The notes under the pieces: model-generated
What the model saw: only the letters and a program-made list of their open reading frames with translations
What the model was told of the DNA's origin: nothing
Database searches by the model: none
Translations under genes and position numbers: made by a program
NCBI GenBank assembly: GCA_963772725.1
Contig: CAVYYI010000001.1
Location: 1 to 64,000, forward strand
From: an uncultured Phycisphaerales bacterium
Lineage (GTDB): Bacteria > Planctomycetota > Phycisphaerae > Sedimentisphaerales > Anaerobacaceae
DNA length: 64,000 bases
Direction of reading: 5' to 3'
Part shown: piece after piece, positions 1 through 11,800 of the stretch
Numbering within the stretch: the stretch's first letter is position 1
Layout: every line of letters begins with the position of its first letter

Positions 1-12
1 CTGTTTATTGTT

Positions 13-567
13 ATGTACTTGACTACAAGTATCGTATTGTATTTATTTGTAAACTCGATGAGTGACCTTTTTCATAAGGATATTTCCTTTGAATTCATAT
101 TAAAAGTTTTCGCGGTTATGCAAAAAGCTTCTCATCATCAATTTCAGGTTTTAACCAAACGTTCTGACCGTTTATTGCAGTTAAGTCCCAAACTTCCTTG
201 GCCTCAAAATATATGCATGGGTGTTACCGTTGAAAATGCCGATTATGTGGAACGGATTGATCATCTTCGGCAAACTGGTGCCTCTGTGAAGTTCCTTTCT
301 TTGGAACCCCTTTTAGGCCCCATCTCTAATCTCGACCTTAATGGTATTGATTGGGTCATCGTGGGCGGCGAGTCCGGCCCAGGCGCACGACCAATGCAGC
401 CTGATTGGGCTCTCAGCATTCGTGACCAGTGCATAAATGCGAATGTACCTTTCTTCTTCAAACAATGGGGCGGAGTAAATAAGAAAAAGAACGGCAGAAT
501 CCTCAACGGCCGTACCTGGGATGATACCCCGCAAAACGCAAAAATAAAGGAATATTGTTTTGCCTGA
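13..567 (+). CDS. DUF5131 / phage Gp37-Gp68 family protein; N-terminal three-Cys part not present in this ORF
   Basis: Family motifs [58 protein letters not shown]. Residues before FVNS do not resemble the family N-terminus. Confidence 0.85.
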   Translation: MYLTTSIVLYLFVNSMSDLFHKDISFEFILKVFAVMQKASHHQFQVLTKRSDRLLQLSPKLPWPQNICMGVTVENADYVERIDHLRQTGASVKFLSLEPLLGPISNLDLNGIDWVIVGGESGPGARPMQPDWALSIRDQCINANVPFFFKQWGGVNKKKNGRILNGRTWDDTPQNAKIKEYCFA

Positions 568-1389
568 TTTATTACAACCTAAAGATGATGGCCTTCACAT
601 ATCTAATGTAGGAGAATGGTCTCACGACAAACACTATTTTCTCTGGAGATATATCGATGCCTTTACAACCTCGATGAAAAACAAAAAATGGGTGGAACTT
701 CATTATATTGACCTCTTTGCCGGTTGCGGAATTGAAAAACTGGAGAATTTAAATCAACTGGAATGGGGTTCACCAATGTTGGCCGCACAGGCACTCATCC
801 TTTCAATAAATTACACTTTTGTGAAAAAAATAAGAAAAAATTTAATGCCCTTAAACATAGAATTGAAAAAATTAGGTCGGATTCACAAATTCTTCACGGT
901 GATGCAAATAATAAAATTTCCGAAATCGTTAAAGAAATACCTCCAAGTTCATTATCATTGGCTTTTCTTGACCCCTATGGATTGCACTTGGACTTTGAAA
1001 CACTCGGAGAATTGTCGAAAATACGAGCAGATATGATTATCTTTTTTCCAGATCATCTTGACGCTCTTAGGAATTGGGAACACAACTACTTGGATAATAC
1101 GAATTCTAATCTTGACCGTTGTTTAGGTGAGGGGGCCGACTGGCGTTTAATTATAAATAATACCCCGCGAACTCGTTTGGCAGAAGTTTTGCGTGAAATG
1201 TATGTTGATCAAATTAAGTCACTCGGCTACGAATATTTTGAATATGAACGTATATCAATGAAAAATCATCCTTTGTATGTTTTGATATTTTGTTCTCGCC
1301 ATGAATTTGCCGCAAAATTATGGCGTGGAATATCAGGCAAAAAACCGGATGGTCAAAGAGTCTTTGATTTTGACAAACCGAAGTCTTAG
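560..1389 (+). CDS. tcmP: Three-Cys-motif partner protein (TcmP-like, methyltransferase-like fold), one frameshift near 785
   Basis: ORF 560-1036 gives [23 protein letters not shown] and GSPMLA. ORF 763-1389 continues with GDAN, AFLDPYG and YVLIFCSRH. Overlaps the DUF5131 stop, the usual pairing. Confidence 0.75.
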
Positions 1390-2187
1390 ATGGGACATTT
1401 TTCATAGAACTAATAAATTTATTCCACACAGATAGAATATTGGCAATGATTATTGATAGGGCATTGACTGCAATTAGGTTTTTTGGTCTGCACCGTTTAT
1501 TTCCTGCCTGTATACCTCCCAGCAATGAAAATCTAAAATTCCTGGAAATTCAGATAAATACTGAGGAAACGATAGCAATTTTGATCGACAGAAGCATTTT
1601 GGGTACTAACCCTAATCGCGAAAGAACGCGGCTTACATGCACGTCTACTGAAATGTCGATGTTCGCATATTCTTTCAAACGGATTTTGAAGTGGCGGACT
1701 AAAAATATTGAGCGGCCATCGACGCTATTTTCTGACCAATTCCTTTAAATTCTAAGAATAAGAAACTAAACTACTGCTGACGGGGCTCTCAGCCCAAATG
1801 TTTGAGCATTCCGCCATACTTTTTATTGATCAAAGAAATTGCATCATAAAAATTTTGACTCATTATTTTGGGATATCTATGATGGATTTGGTTCTGTCAT
1901 TATTTCAAAAATATCCGACAAACTGAGTTGAGTCAACTTCAGAAATTCAAACCCATTTAATTTGGTAGCAAATTTATAAGGGATAAACCATCTCGCTCAG
2001 CTTTCATCTGTCTGTCCATAATACAAGCTAATACAAAAGCATGTGGGAATCTTTCAAGATCATTAAGCAATTTATCGGCTTCGGTATCTCCGGTAAATTT
2101 GATGAGTTCAACTGGAGCATTGAATATTTCCCAACCATTTTTTATCAGGTACTCTATTGCTTCCTTACTCATTATTAACCCCGACAA
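1386..2187 (-). pseudogene. HhH-GPD / endonuclease III-like Fe-S cluster-loop protein, multiply frameshifted
   Basis: Manual minus-strand translation gives PHAFVLACIMDRQ, HhH motif FKGIGQKIASMA, IDISVDVHVSRVLSRLG, and a C-terminal C-RP..P.C..CPI...C Fe-S loop. At least 5 frame breaks. Confidence 0.65.
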
Positions 2188-2235
2188 AATAAAATCATAT
2201 TTGATACAATTAAGTTTACGAAGCAGTTTCTATGG

Positions 2236-2681
2236 TTATTTATTTTTTCTCATCAATTCATCAAGTTTGGCCATCATATACCCAATACCTCTACAGTTGT
2301 TAAGCGGAACAATAATTTCTTTATCAGAAAATATTTGCTTGGCAAAGCAAATATAATTCTTACCACCCAAAACTTCTACATTATCGTAATTATACAGACC
2401 TTTGCGTATTGCCTGAGCAGATAATTCTGATGCCGAGATAGAGTTTGTTGATTTATCGTTAAAACTTATATTATATGATTCGGGAATAATCTCATCAGGA
2501 AAAACAAACCCATATTTTGCGGAAAGTATACACCATGATAATGGATAGAATTTTTCAGCATATTTTCGGCATTTTACGGCAAATCCTCCTATGTAAACTT
2601 CTCTGGTGCCGTTGCGCCAGCATTCGGATTTTTATCCCAAATCTTTTTTCTTCCGCAGGGGACTATGCATAAAGTTTGCAA
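2236..2681 (-). CDS. DUF6884-like protein, one frameshift near 2610
   Basis: RBS GGAG + TTG start, then LCIVPCGRKKIWDK...YIGGF...WCILSAKYGFVFPDEII..YNISF...LGGKNY...GIGYMM. The ILSAKYG motif is typical. Missed by the ORF track. Confidence 0.6.
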
Positions 2682-3204
2682 TTCTTCTCCTTCGTATTAA
2701 TGACAAATAATACTCATAAAAATATTCAGAGACACACATTAAACTTTTTTTCTATGCTGGTAAAATTAAATATATCCTACCCGTTTCATTCCCAAAATAT
2801 TAATTCCGCCATAAAATAAGTCACATCATTCTGCGGTCAAACAAAGATATTGTCAAGTAAAAAGGTCATCTATTGCCTTGGTAATGCTTGTGACGTGTTT
2901 TTATTCAACACATCAATATTCGATTTCTTATTACTTTTGCCATTTTTATTTCTGTCTCCTGTCTTCTGTATTCTTTTTTTTCGTTCCTCTTTCTCACTGC
3001 GTATAAACTCACGTACCCCAATGCCAAAAAAATATAATGGCATAAAACATTGCAATGTCAGGATATAGCATTCCGCCACAACAAAATTCCGCCTACGGCG
3101 AGCCTGTCGAACCGCAATTTTGCAATTTAAACTTTCAAACTGACCACCCGTCAGTTTGACTAAACCCATTCTGTCCCACCCCCAAAACATTGTCAAGCCT
3201 TTAA

Positions 3205-3242
3205 TTCGACGTTCAATGTTCAATGTTCGATGTTGAGCGTTC
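3205..3242. repeat. Heptamer tandem repeat (TTCAATG/TTCGATG-like)
   Basis: ttcgacg ttcaatg ttcaatg ttcgatg ttgagcg ttc, intergenic. Confidence 0.7.
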
Positions 3243-3334
3243 ACTCCTTTAAAAATCTTCCCATTTTAACATCTCTTCCCCCTTAAATTTTTTAGCCTGT
3301 CAAAATTGTATCAAAAAGTATTAAAAAATGCGGA

Positions 3335-5071
3335 TTAGAACGCTTCTGGAAGGATTTTTCTTGTGGCGTCGCGGAGGTAGTTAGAAATCTGCCTTACGGA
3401 ATTCATCGAAAGTATTTTGCGGGCAATGCTGTTGCACTCGGTGATAGTAGTGGAGCGGATAATCTGCTTTATCTCCGGTATCATAGGGTGAGCAAGGGAA
3501 ATAGTTCTTACGCCCATTCCCAAAAGAAGCATAACGTATTCAGGCTCAGAAGCCATTTCGCCGCAGACGCTAAGGTCTATCTGCGCCTTGTGCGCATCCT
3601 GAATGACGGTCCTGATAAGCCGCAGCACCGCGGGGTCAACCGGCGAGTACAGGGTGGAAACCAGCTCATTTCCCCTGTCCACAGCGAGAGTATATTGAGT
3701 CAGGTCGTTTGTCCCGATGCTGAAGAAATCGACATCTCTCGCGAGGGTGGACGCTGTCAGAGCCGCCGAGGGAGTTTCAATCATAATACCAATGCGGATT
3801 TTTTTATTGTAAGCTATGGAATCTTCATCGAGGTCTTCCATAACATCTCTCAGAATCATTTTTGCCTGCATCACTTCCTGCAGGTTCGTAATCAGTGGGA
3901 ACATTACCTGAACATTCCCGAGTACCGATGCGCGAAGAATAGACCGAAGCTGGGTCTTGAACATCGCGAGATTCTGCAGGCAAAACCGTATAGACCTGAG
4001 CCCCAGAAATGGGTTTGGTTCGGGTGCGGAACGTTTGCTTTGAGTATATTTATCCGCCCCGAGGTCCATAGTTCTTATGGTTATGGGGCGATTTTTAAAA
4101 ACTTTGATTGTCTCCGAGTATGCCTGGTAATGCTCTTCCTCGGTTGGTTCGTCCTTGCTGTTAAGATATAAAAATTCTGTCCGGTATAAACCTATGCCTT
4201 CACCGCCTTTTTGTAATACCATTTCCGACTCATCGGGAAATTCAATGTTGCCTAAGATTTTTATCTTCACGCCGTCTCTCGTCACAGCCGGTTTTTCTCT
4301 TATGGCGTCGAGTTTTTGCCCAAGTGCCGCGAATTCAAGCGAATATTCACGGTACTGACGTGCAGTTTCTTCATCAGGATTTACAATGACAATGCCGCGA
4401 TTTCCATCAATTATGATGATGTCTCCCGCGTGAACACTTTCGGTAAGGTCTTCAAGGGCAACAACCGCCGGAATACCCAAAGACCTCGCTACGATAGCGG
4501 TGTGACTTGTTCTTCCTCCCGCGTCGGTAGCAAGTCCTTTAACAAATGTTTTATTAAACCCCGCTGTTTGAGTTGGACTTAACTCCCTGGCGACAATCGT
4601 GACTTCTTCGGTCAGGTTTTCTATATCCTGCCGTTTGCTTCCTACGAGCTGTTTAAGCAGACGTCTCTCGATATCGTAAATATCTGCCGCGCGCTCACTG
4701 ATATAATTGTCTTTTACGCTGCTGAAATGCGACGCAATCTCGCGAAGAATTGTGGAGACCCCGTATTCGGCGGTTACAGATTCGGAATGAATATAGTCTG
4801 TTATTTTTCTTCGTAAACTTCTGTCATGCAAAAAACGCAGATGCACGGCAAAGATGTCTTTTATGTTATGTTGCTCTACGGCATAAGTGGCCTCAAGTTC
4901 GGTTAATTCGTCAATGGCGGCCTTAAATGCGTTTCTTACCCGCTGGGATTCTATCATTCGCTGCGAAGGATTTATCGTTCGTCGCGGAATTCGATAGTCT
5001 TCCGAATCGACGATAAGACATTTTGCAATAGAAATACCTGGAGAAACTGCTATGCCTTTTTTGATTTCCAT
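3335..5071 (-). CDS. ptsI: PEP-protein phosphotransferase (PTS enzyme I)
   Basis: GGRTSHTAI phospho-His motif, GIGLYRTEFL, EPNPFLGLRSIR, DFFSIGTNDLTQY. Confidence 0.97.
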   Translation of the reverse strand: MEIKKGIAVSPGISIAKCLIVDSEDYRIPRRTINPSQRMIESQRVRNAFKAAIDELTELEATYAVEQHNIKDIFAVHLRFLHDRSLRRKITDYIHSESVTAEYGVSTILREIASHFSSVKDNYISERAADIYDIERRLLKQLVGSKRQDIENLTEEVTIVARELSPTQTAGFNKTFVKGLATDAGGRTSHTAIVARSLGIPAVVALEDLTESVHAGDIIIIDGNRGIVIVNPDEETARQYREYSLEFAALGQKLDAIREKPAVTRDGVKIKILGNIEFPDESEMVLQKGGEGIGLYRTEFLYLNSKDEPTEEEHYQAYSETIKVFKNRPITIRTMDLGADKYTQSKRSAPEPNPFLGLRSIRFCLQNLAMFKTQLRSILRASVLGNVQVMFPLITNLQEVMQAKMILRDVMEDLDEDSIAYNKKIRIGIMIETPSAALTASTLARDVDFFSIGTNDLTQYTLAVDRGNELVSTLYSPVDPAVLRLIRTVIQDAHKAQIDLSVCGEMASEPEYVMLLLGMGVRTISLAHPMIPEIKQIIRSTTITECNSIARKILSMNSVRQISNYLRDATRKILPEAF

Positions 5072-5088
5072 ATTAATCCGTCTGACGT

Positions 5089-5415
5089 TTAATTATTTTT
5101 TCGCGGCGCCGGCGGCGGTTCATCAAACATTCTTACTTCGACAAGCTGTCGCAAAGCGTCAATGGCCTTTTCAGCGTCCGGTCCTTCAGCCCTTATTTTT
5201 AATTTTGTGCCATAGGTTGCGGCAAGCATACTCATCTGCATAATACTTTTTCCGTCAACGCTGGTTTTTCCGTTACTGATAGAAATATCTGAGTCAAACT
5301 TACTTGCGACATCCACAAACTGCATCGCGGGGCGCATGTGGAGTCCATCAGCGTTTTTTATTTCAACATCCAGCTCACAAACAACCTTTTCCAAAAAATT
5401 CTCTCTTGTCTGCAT
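5089..5415 (-). CDS. ptsH: HPr phosphocarrier protein
   Basis: GLHMRPA (His15) and DGKSIM (Ser46) motifs. Confidence 0.95.
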   Translation of the reverse strand: MQTRENFLEKVVCELDVEIKNADGLHMRPAMQFVDVASKFDSDISISNGKTSVDGKSIMQMSMLAATYGTKLKIRAEGPDAEKAIDALRQLVEVRMFDEPPPAPRKNN

Positions 5416-5460
5416 TTTCAGACGTTTGCCTGAAACAATATTACAGGTTTTATAAAAATA

Positions 5461-5934
5461 TTATATAAACGGTTTTTCATCGGCTTCACGCAGCAGGTCT
5501 TCAATCTCTGCGGCGGTCTGCGATTGCCTGAGAAACTTGCGAAATTTCTCGTGCTGCAGATGCTTAAACACATTTTCCATTGCCTGCAGATGCTTGTCCG
5601 GATTACTTGCAGGACTTATCAGAAGTATCACCGAGTAAACAGGCTGCTTATCCAGTGATGAGAAATCTATCCCGCTGCTGCTTTGCCCGACTACCGCGAT
5701 GACATTTTTAATTCCGGCATGTTTGACGTGCGGCACCGCTACACCTTTGCCCATGCCAGTACTGGCCTCTTTTTCTCTCTTGACTACTGCTTTGATAATT
5801 TCTTCGCATTTTGCCTTGCCAAGTCGGCCTGCTTTATCCAGCGATGTTAAAAGCTCAGATATGGCCCCATCGCGGTCCTTGGCTTTAAGCTCTGGTATTG
5901 TAGCTTCAAAGCAGACAAAATCTGAAAACTTCAT
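5461..5934 (-). CDS. ptsN: PTS EIIA (Ntr/fructose-type)
   Basis: REKEASTGMGKGVAVPH motif; located between hpf and HPr. Confidence 0.88.
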   Translation of the reverse strand: MKFSDFVCFEATIPELKAKDRDGAISELLTSLDKAGRLGKAKCEEIIKAVVKREKEASTGMGKGVAVPHVKHAGIKNVIAVVGQSSSGIDFSSLDKQPVYSVILLISPASNPDKHLQAMENVFKHLQHEKFRKFLRQSQTAAEIEDLLREADEKPFI

Positions 5935-6272
5935 TATTGTTTCCTTTCCACGGAAGATTTCCTTGCTTCGGCGGCGTGCTTGTCGTCTCTCTCCTTGGCC
6001 TTTCTTCTTTTCAGCTGCTCCTGAAGTTTATGAACGGCAAGGTCTATGGACTTATACGCGTCGTTCCCTGATTCGGTAACAACAAAAACCCTGCTGTGTT
6101 CAGCCCTGGCGATTATCTCCACGGCGACGCTGCCGCGTTTTGTGCCGTCAAGTATCACTTCAATCTGATTAATGATACTGTAAAATTTCGGAAGCTTGAA
6201 AGTCTTTTTTTGGGCATACTCTCGAATGGGTTCGGTTATATCTATGTGCTTGCCTGTAATCGTAAAAAGCAA
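5934..6272 (-). CDS. hpf: Ribosome hibernation promoting factor / RaiA
   Basis: ITGKHIDITEPIREYA...YKSIDLAVHKLQEQLKRRK; AGGAGA RBS before TTG at 6272. Confidence 0.9.
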   Translation of the reverse strand: MLFTITGKHIDITEPIREYAQKKTFKLPKFYSIINQIEVILDGTKRGSVAVEIIARAEHSRVFVVTESGNDAYKSIDLAVHKLQEQLKRRKAKERDDKHAAEARKSSVERKQ

Positions 6273-6399
6273 TTTCGTTCTCCTTAACTGCAAACCTTAA
6301 AATATGCGAAAAACACTACACTGCCGGTTATTTATACCAGAAAACCATATCATACTGCAAGAATTGTTTTTTTCAAACTTACGCATTTATTCCTGACCG

Positions 6400-7125
6400 T
6401 TATTTTTCCTGCTCCGAGTCACCAATCAGTGGTAAATCCTCTAACCCGGTAAATTTCGTTGTCGGGGTTATCACTCCGCCGCTTATGATGAATCTGACAG
6501 CTTCTTCGACGGTCATATTCAGCTCAATTACTTCGTCTTTTGGAACCATCATTATAAATCCTGTAACGGGCGAAGGGGCGGTTGCCACGAACACTGTCAG
6601 AAATTCTTTTCCTGTATGTTTGACAATACTTTCAAGACCCGTGCCTGTAACCATGCCCAGTGCCCAACTGCCTTTTTTGGGGAATTCAACCGCCACCACT
6701 TGTGAAAAAAGGGCGTTTTTCCTGTCCTTAACAAGCATAAAATCGGTGATTTGTTTTATGTACGGATAAACCTGCTTTAACAATGGCGTATTCAGTATGA
6801 ATCTTTCAATTCTGTGCCATATCGTTTTCCCGACAACGCTGGCCAGTATCAATCCCACAATGCACACAAAAACCAGCGCCAGAAGAAATCCCGCTATTGA
6901 ACCAGGACCATAAACCCAGAATTTAGTCAGAGTCTCCTTGTCCATGTCCGTAATAAGGGTTGTTATCCATACAAGCGTTTTGCTTATATGAATACCTATG
7001 CTTTCTTGGATGAAAGTATAGCCCCAGATAAATATCCAGATAGTAAGCATCGTAGGCAGCAGAACCGCCAGCCCTCGCAAAAAGTAACGTTTGAAATGTC
7101 CCTGATTGTGTTTATTCGTGTTCAT
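6400..7125 (-). CDS. DUF502 membrane protein
   Basis: YFLRGLAVLLP, PLLKQVY, VAVEFP, VFVATAPSPVTGF, EEAVRFIISGG. Confidence 0.88.
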   Translation of the reverse strand: MNTNKHNQGHFKRYFLRGLAVLLPTMLTIWIFIWGYTFIQESIGIHISKTLVWITTLITDMDKETLTKFWVYGPGSIAGFLLALVFVCIVGLILASVVGKTIWHRIERFILNTPLLKQVYPYIKQITDFMLVKDRKNALFSQVVAVEFPKKGSWALGMVTGTGLESIVKHTGKEFLTVFVATAPSPVTGFIMMVPKDEVIELNMTVEEAVRFIISGGVITPTTKFTGLEDLPLIGDSEQEK

Positions 7126-8166
7126 TTGTGGTTCTGTCTTTAAATTCTATCGAAAAATCTTTCGGCAGGTGTGCGCCCATCAGGTGTATCACCACGCCCG
7201 GTAAAGAGCCGATGAGCCAGAGAAATCTTTGCGCCCAGGCAAGTGCCGATGCGGGGTCTTTGGGTACACCCACGAGGCTGAACATTATCATAATAGGCCC
7301 CTCGACAACACCTAATCCGCCCAGGCTGATTGGCAGCATCCCAATTACCCAGGAAATCGGGAAAAAGACAAAATAATATTTCATATCAGCCTGTATATGC
7401 ATTCCTTTGCCGATAAACCATAAGCCGACTATGAACATGCCCTGGCACGCAAAAGTCAGCAAAACTGCCCAGAAAAGAGCTAATTTTTTGCCGTAATAAA
7501 TTCGCATGGCCGCGTAAACTTTACCCAGTAAATCTGCCCCGCGATGACTTATTTTTTTTGTGGCCCTATAAACAAAAGTTCGACCTTTAGAAGTAGAAAT
7601 AAGTAATACCATAACTGCTGTAATGATTGCTGTTGCCCACAGGAAAAACCATTCATATTCCGCAAGCTGTCTGACAAGCTTTATTTCCATATATGATTTG
7701 GTCAATTGCTGCCTGCTTTCCAGCGGAATAAACCAGTATCCGACTATCGCCATCAAAACCAGCCCGAAAAGACCCACCGCTCTGTCAACAAGCACACTTA
7801 ACGCCGCCTCAAGCTTCTTCTCGGTATGTTTCGTAACATACCACGCCCTTAGCGAATCACCTCCAACCGAACTCGGCAGATAATTATTATAAAGCAGGCC
7901 GAGAAGATGAAGTCTTACCGCAGGCCAGTAACCTATATCGATTCCCTGAACCCTCAAAAGCATATACCAGCGGGCAACGAAGATTAACTGGCTGACAAAA
8001 TAAAACGCAATAGCGGCAGCGGTAATCCATACTTTCACCCCCAGCAATATTTTCACTACCTCGCGAAGGTTCACGCCCCGAAAGGCCAGATACAGCGCCC
8101 CAGCCGCGACCACGAATGCAGCAGATAAAGAATATATTTTCTTTTTTTGTTTTTTTCTTTCGGCAT
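7112..8166 (-). CDS. Lysylphosphatidylglycerol synthase TM / flippase-like protein; probable frameshift in the A-rich 5' end
   Basis: ARWYMLL, NNYLPSSVGGD, DRAVGL, LPISLGGLGVVE. The ATG at 8166 is out of frame with ORF 7112-8113. Confidence 0.82.
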
Positions 8167-8261
8167 TAAATACCGCTTGTCAAAAAAAACTTGTTTTTGA
8201 AGATAATAACGTGTAAAACCTCTTTTGGCAATAAATAACATAAGATTTAGGAGACAGATAA

Positions 8262-8675
8262 GTGGCCGGCGACAAAATCATAGAAGAAGGTACGAGTTTT
8301 ACACCCAAGTTTGACAGTAACGGTCTGATTACTGCTATTGCCCAGGATGCGGACACTGGTCGCATTCTCATGGTTGCGTATATGAACCGCGATGCCCTCG
8401 ATTATACGATAAAAACAGGTTTTGCCACTTATTTCAGCAGGAGCAGGCAGAAATTATGGAAAAAGGGCGAAGAGAGCGGCCATTTCCAGAAAGTCCAGCA
8501 GATACTCGTTGATTGCGACCAGGACTGCCTGGTTCTCAAGGTAAAGGTTGACGCCGGACAATGCCATGTCGGTTACCGTTCCTGCTTCTACCGTGCTTTA
8601 ACCGAAAATTCCTCCACCGAACTGCGATTTATCGATAAAAAGGAATACGACCCCAAAACCGCCTACAAAAAGTAG
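8262..8675 (+). CDS. hisI: Phosphoribosyl-AMP cyclohydrolase
   Basis: [31 protein letters not shown]. Confidence 0.96.
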   Translation: MAGDKIIEEGTSFTPKFDSNGLITAIAQDADTGRILMVAYMNRDALDYTIKTGFATYFSRSRQKLWKKGEESGHFQKVQQILVDCDQDCLVLKVKVDAGQCHVGYRSCFYRALTENSSTELRFIDKKEYDPKTAYKK

Positions 8676-8882
8676 CTTTCAACGGTGTCGTCAATACAAA
8701 AAAAATCGTAAATAAATCCCATAATTTTCTTGACTTTTAATTAGACTGGGGGTAATATCCACAATCGGAGTAGTAGAAGCGTTTTGGAAGGATTGCGGAG
8801 ATGAATGGTAACCACAATCTTTGTGTGGTTTTTAGAGTGGGAAAAGCAATGGGGGACTTTTTTTGAATAGGAGGAACAAATC

Positions 8883-11800
8883 ATGAAAAAACAAGAATTT
8901 GGAATGCTGTTTATACTGATATCTGCTGCGGTTTTAGTATTGACAGCTAACGCTGTATTCGCAGACAAACCGCAGCGAAGTATATCGGGGCCCACTGCAC
9001 CTCCGGTAGTTAAGGCAATATATGATGCTCAAGAACAGGCAAGAAAAGATAGAGAGGCCAAGGGTATACCGGAGCCTGTAACGGCACAAACAACAATTGT
9101 AGTACCCGATTATTTGTGGAGGCACGGTTGCGGGCCAACGACGCTTGGTATGGTCATTGGTTATTACGATGTCCAGGGTTATGCCCTTATTCCAGGTGAC
9201 GCCTCAACTCAGACCGCCGCCGTCAACCAGGCGATTGCCTCCGAAGGGGACCCGAATGTTGCTAACTACAAGCACTATGAAGATTATGCTCAGCCGAAGG
9301 ATTATTCGCCTATCCCACTTACGGATGACTATATTACAAAAGGTCGAATTGCACATACGAGCGATAGTGTTGGCGACTTCATGAGAACTTCACAGAGCAA
9401 TCATCCTTCGGGACACAACTACTATGGATGGAGCTGGAACATCGATATGGGGCCGGCTTTTGTAAATTATGTGAACTCACAAAATGCAAGTTACAGTCCG
9501 GGTTATTCAACGTATCTGTGGTCCACCGGCGCAATGGCATGGGCTGTGCTGACCAATGAAATCGACAATGGTCGGCCAATGGTCTTTTTGGTCGATAGCG
9601 ACGGGGATGGAAGCACAGACCATTTTGTGCCTATTGTCGGCTATGATCCCGGCCCTCCTCAAAAATACGGATGTCACGATACATGGACTCAAGGTATCAA
9701 GTGGTGGACTTTCCAAGGAATGGCCAATGGCCAGCAATTTGGTATTTATGAAGGCTGGACATTTTCTCTGTCACCGTTAGGCGAAACAACAAAATGGGAG
9801 CAGCCGCCAGATGCTACTTATTATGGTATGGATGTACGCTGCGACAGGAGAGACGGGATTCAAAGAGTTCTTGCGGATGATTTCCAATGTACAACTACCG
9901 GCAAAATTACTAAAGTTACGTTGTGGGGGTCCTGGAAAAACGATACTAAAGGTCAAATTGCTAAAATTCACTTGAGCATCCACGATGATAAACCTATGCC
10001 TCCGACAGGGGGTTACAGTGAACCAAATACCCTCTTATGGTCTAAAGATTTTACTGCCGCCGAGTTTAATGAAATACTGTTTAAAGACCTTACACCTGAA
10101 TACGAATGGTGGTGGCAGATTGGGACTACCCCCATACAGGCGGGCGACCATAAGATTTGGCAGTATGATATTGCAATTGACCCAAATATTGCTTTTGTGC
10201 AGGAAGGCGACCCATGCAATCCGATAGTTTACTGGCTTGATGTTTACGCAATACTGGACACAAATATTCCGGGACAATTTGGCTGGAAGACTTCTGTTGA
10301 GCACTGGAATGACGATGCTGTCTGGTCAATTGACGATGGTATTGTATGGAACGAGATGCGTTATCCGCCGCCACATCCGTATCAGGGTGATTCCGTTGAC
10401 CTTGCGTTTGCGATTATAACAAGCGAAGAACAGGAGGAAGAGCCTAACTACATCAAATGGTCTCAACCCCCGGTACCTTATACGCCAGAGCCTCCTCCAG
10501 CAACGGAAAAATGGACGCAGATGCCCGACCTGACTACCGATGGTATAGATGTAAGTGCTACTGAACCATTTATCCTTGCGGATGATTTTCTCTGCACGAC
10601 TACGGGACGCGTTACGAAGATTTCTATTTTCGGTTCGTGGAAATATGATGAACTGCCTGATGGAGATGCCAATAACATACAGTTTACCCTGAGTATTCAC
10701 AGCGACAAACCAGCTCCACCGTATAGTGAGCCGAATACACTGCTGTGGTCGCAGGTATTTCCTGCCGGGCAGTTTAAGGTTACTCGTTATGCAACAAACA
10801 TAACTGAAGGCTGGATGGACCCGCCGAGCAGTTATTTCTTCCCTGCCGACTGGACCTGCTGGCGATATGATTTTGATATTCCGTACTGTCAGGCATTCAT
10901 GCAGGAAGGCAATACAGTAAATCCTGTTGTTTACTGGCTGGACGTTCAGGCTCAGCCGCTGGGTACGCAAAGCAGCTATTTTGGCTGGAAGACTTCGCTA
11001 ACACATTGGAATGATGACGCTGTCTGGGGACAGGGTTCTGAACCTTATACAGGTACTTGGAGCGAACTAAGGTATCCGATAGGTCATCCGCTTGTAGGCC
11101 AGTCAATAGATTTGGCTTTTGAGATATATACCACAGAAGATGTTATTGCGCCAGAGGACACTTATTGGGGCTGGGATGAAAGAGCGGACAATATCCTGCC
11201 GAAAATGGTTGCCGATGATTTCCGCTGCGATTCGAATAAACCGGTTACAGCTATCAGATGGTGGGGTTCATTCCTGAACTGGTATGACACAAATGTACCA
11301 ACGGCAGCAAAATTACCGAGCGCATTTTATTTGACGATTTGGACAGATGTCCCCGCCGGTCAGGATGCGCCTACAGCCATCCGGGTTATAAAATCTGGGA
11401 AAATTATTGCAACACTTATGATGTAAACTTTTATGGTATGGAATATGATCCGCGACTTGGCAAGATTGACCTTCCTAAGTTTGAGTTCTATCAGGAGCTT
11501 AACCACGAGCAGTATTGGGAACAGCCAGGCGACCAGGGTATTTACTGGCTGGGGATAATGGCGATTTATGATGATAACTCTGTTGAACCGAACTATCCGT
11601 GGGGCTGGGAAACAAGGCCGCATTACTTTATGGATGATGCCGTGCGTCTTTTTGCCGACCCGCGGATGGGCGGTTATCCATATCCTCCGGCTATGTACGA
11701 GCCGATAGAATGGGAGAGCGAATCCTGGGACCTGAGTTTCCAGTTGATTTCAAATCCGCAGCCTGAACTTGATTTTGGCGATGCGCCTGACCCGAACTAT

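Noticed and set aside
2850..3244. ORFs 2870-3244 (-) and 2850-3068 (+)
   Set aside because: They run through heptamer repeats and low-complexity DNA, with no recognisable family.
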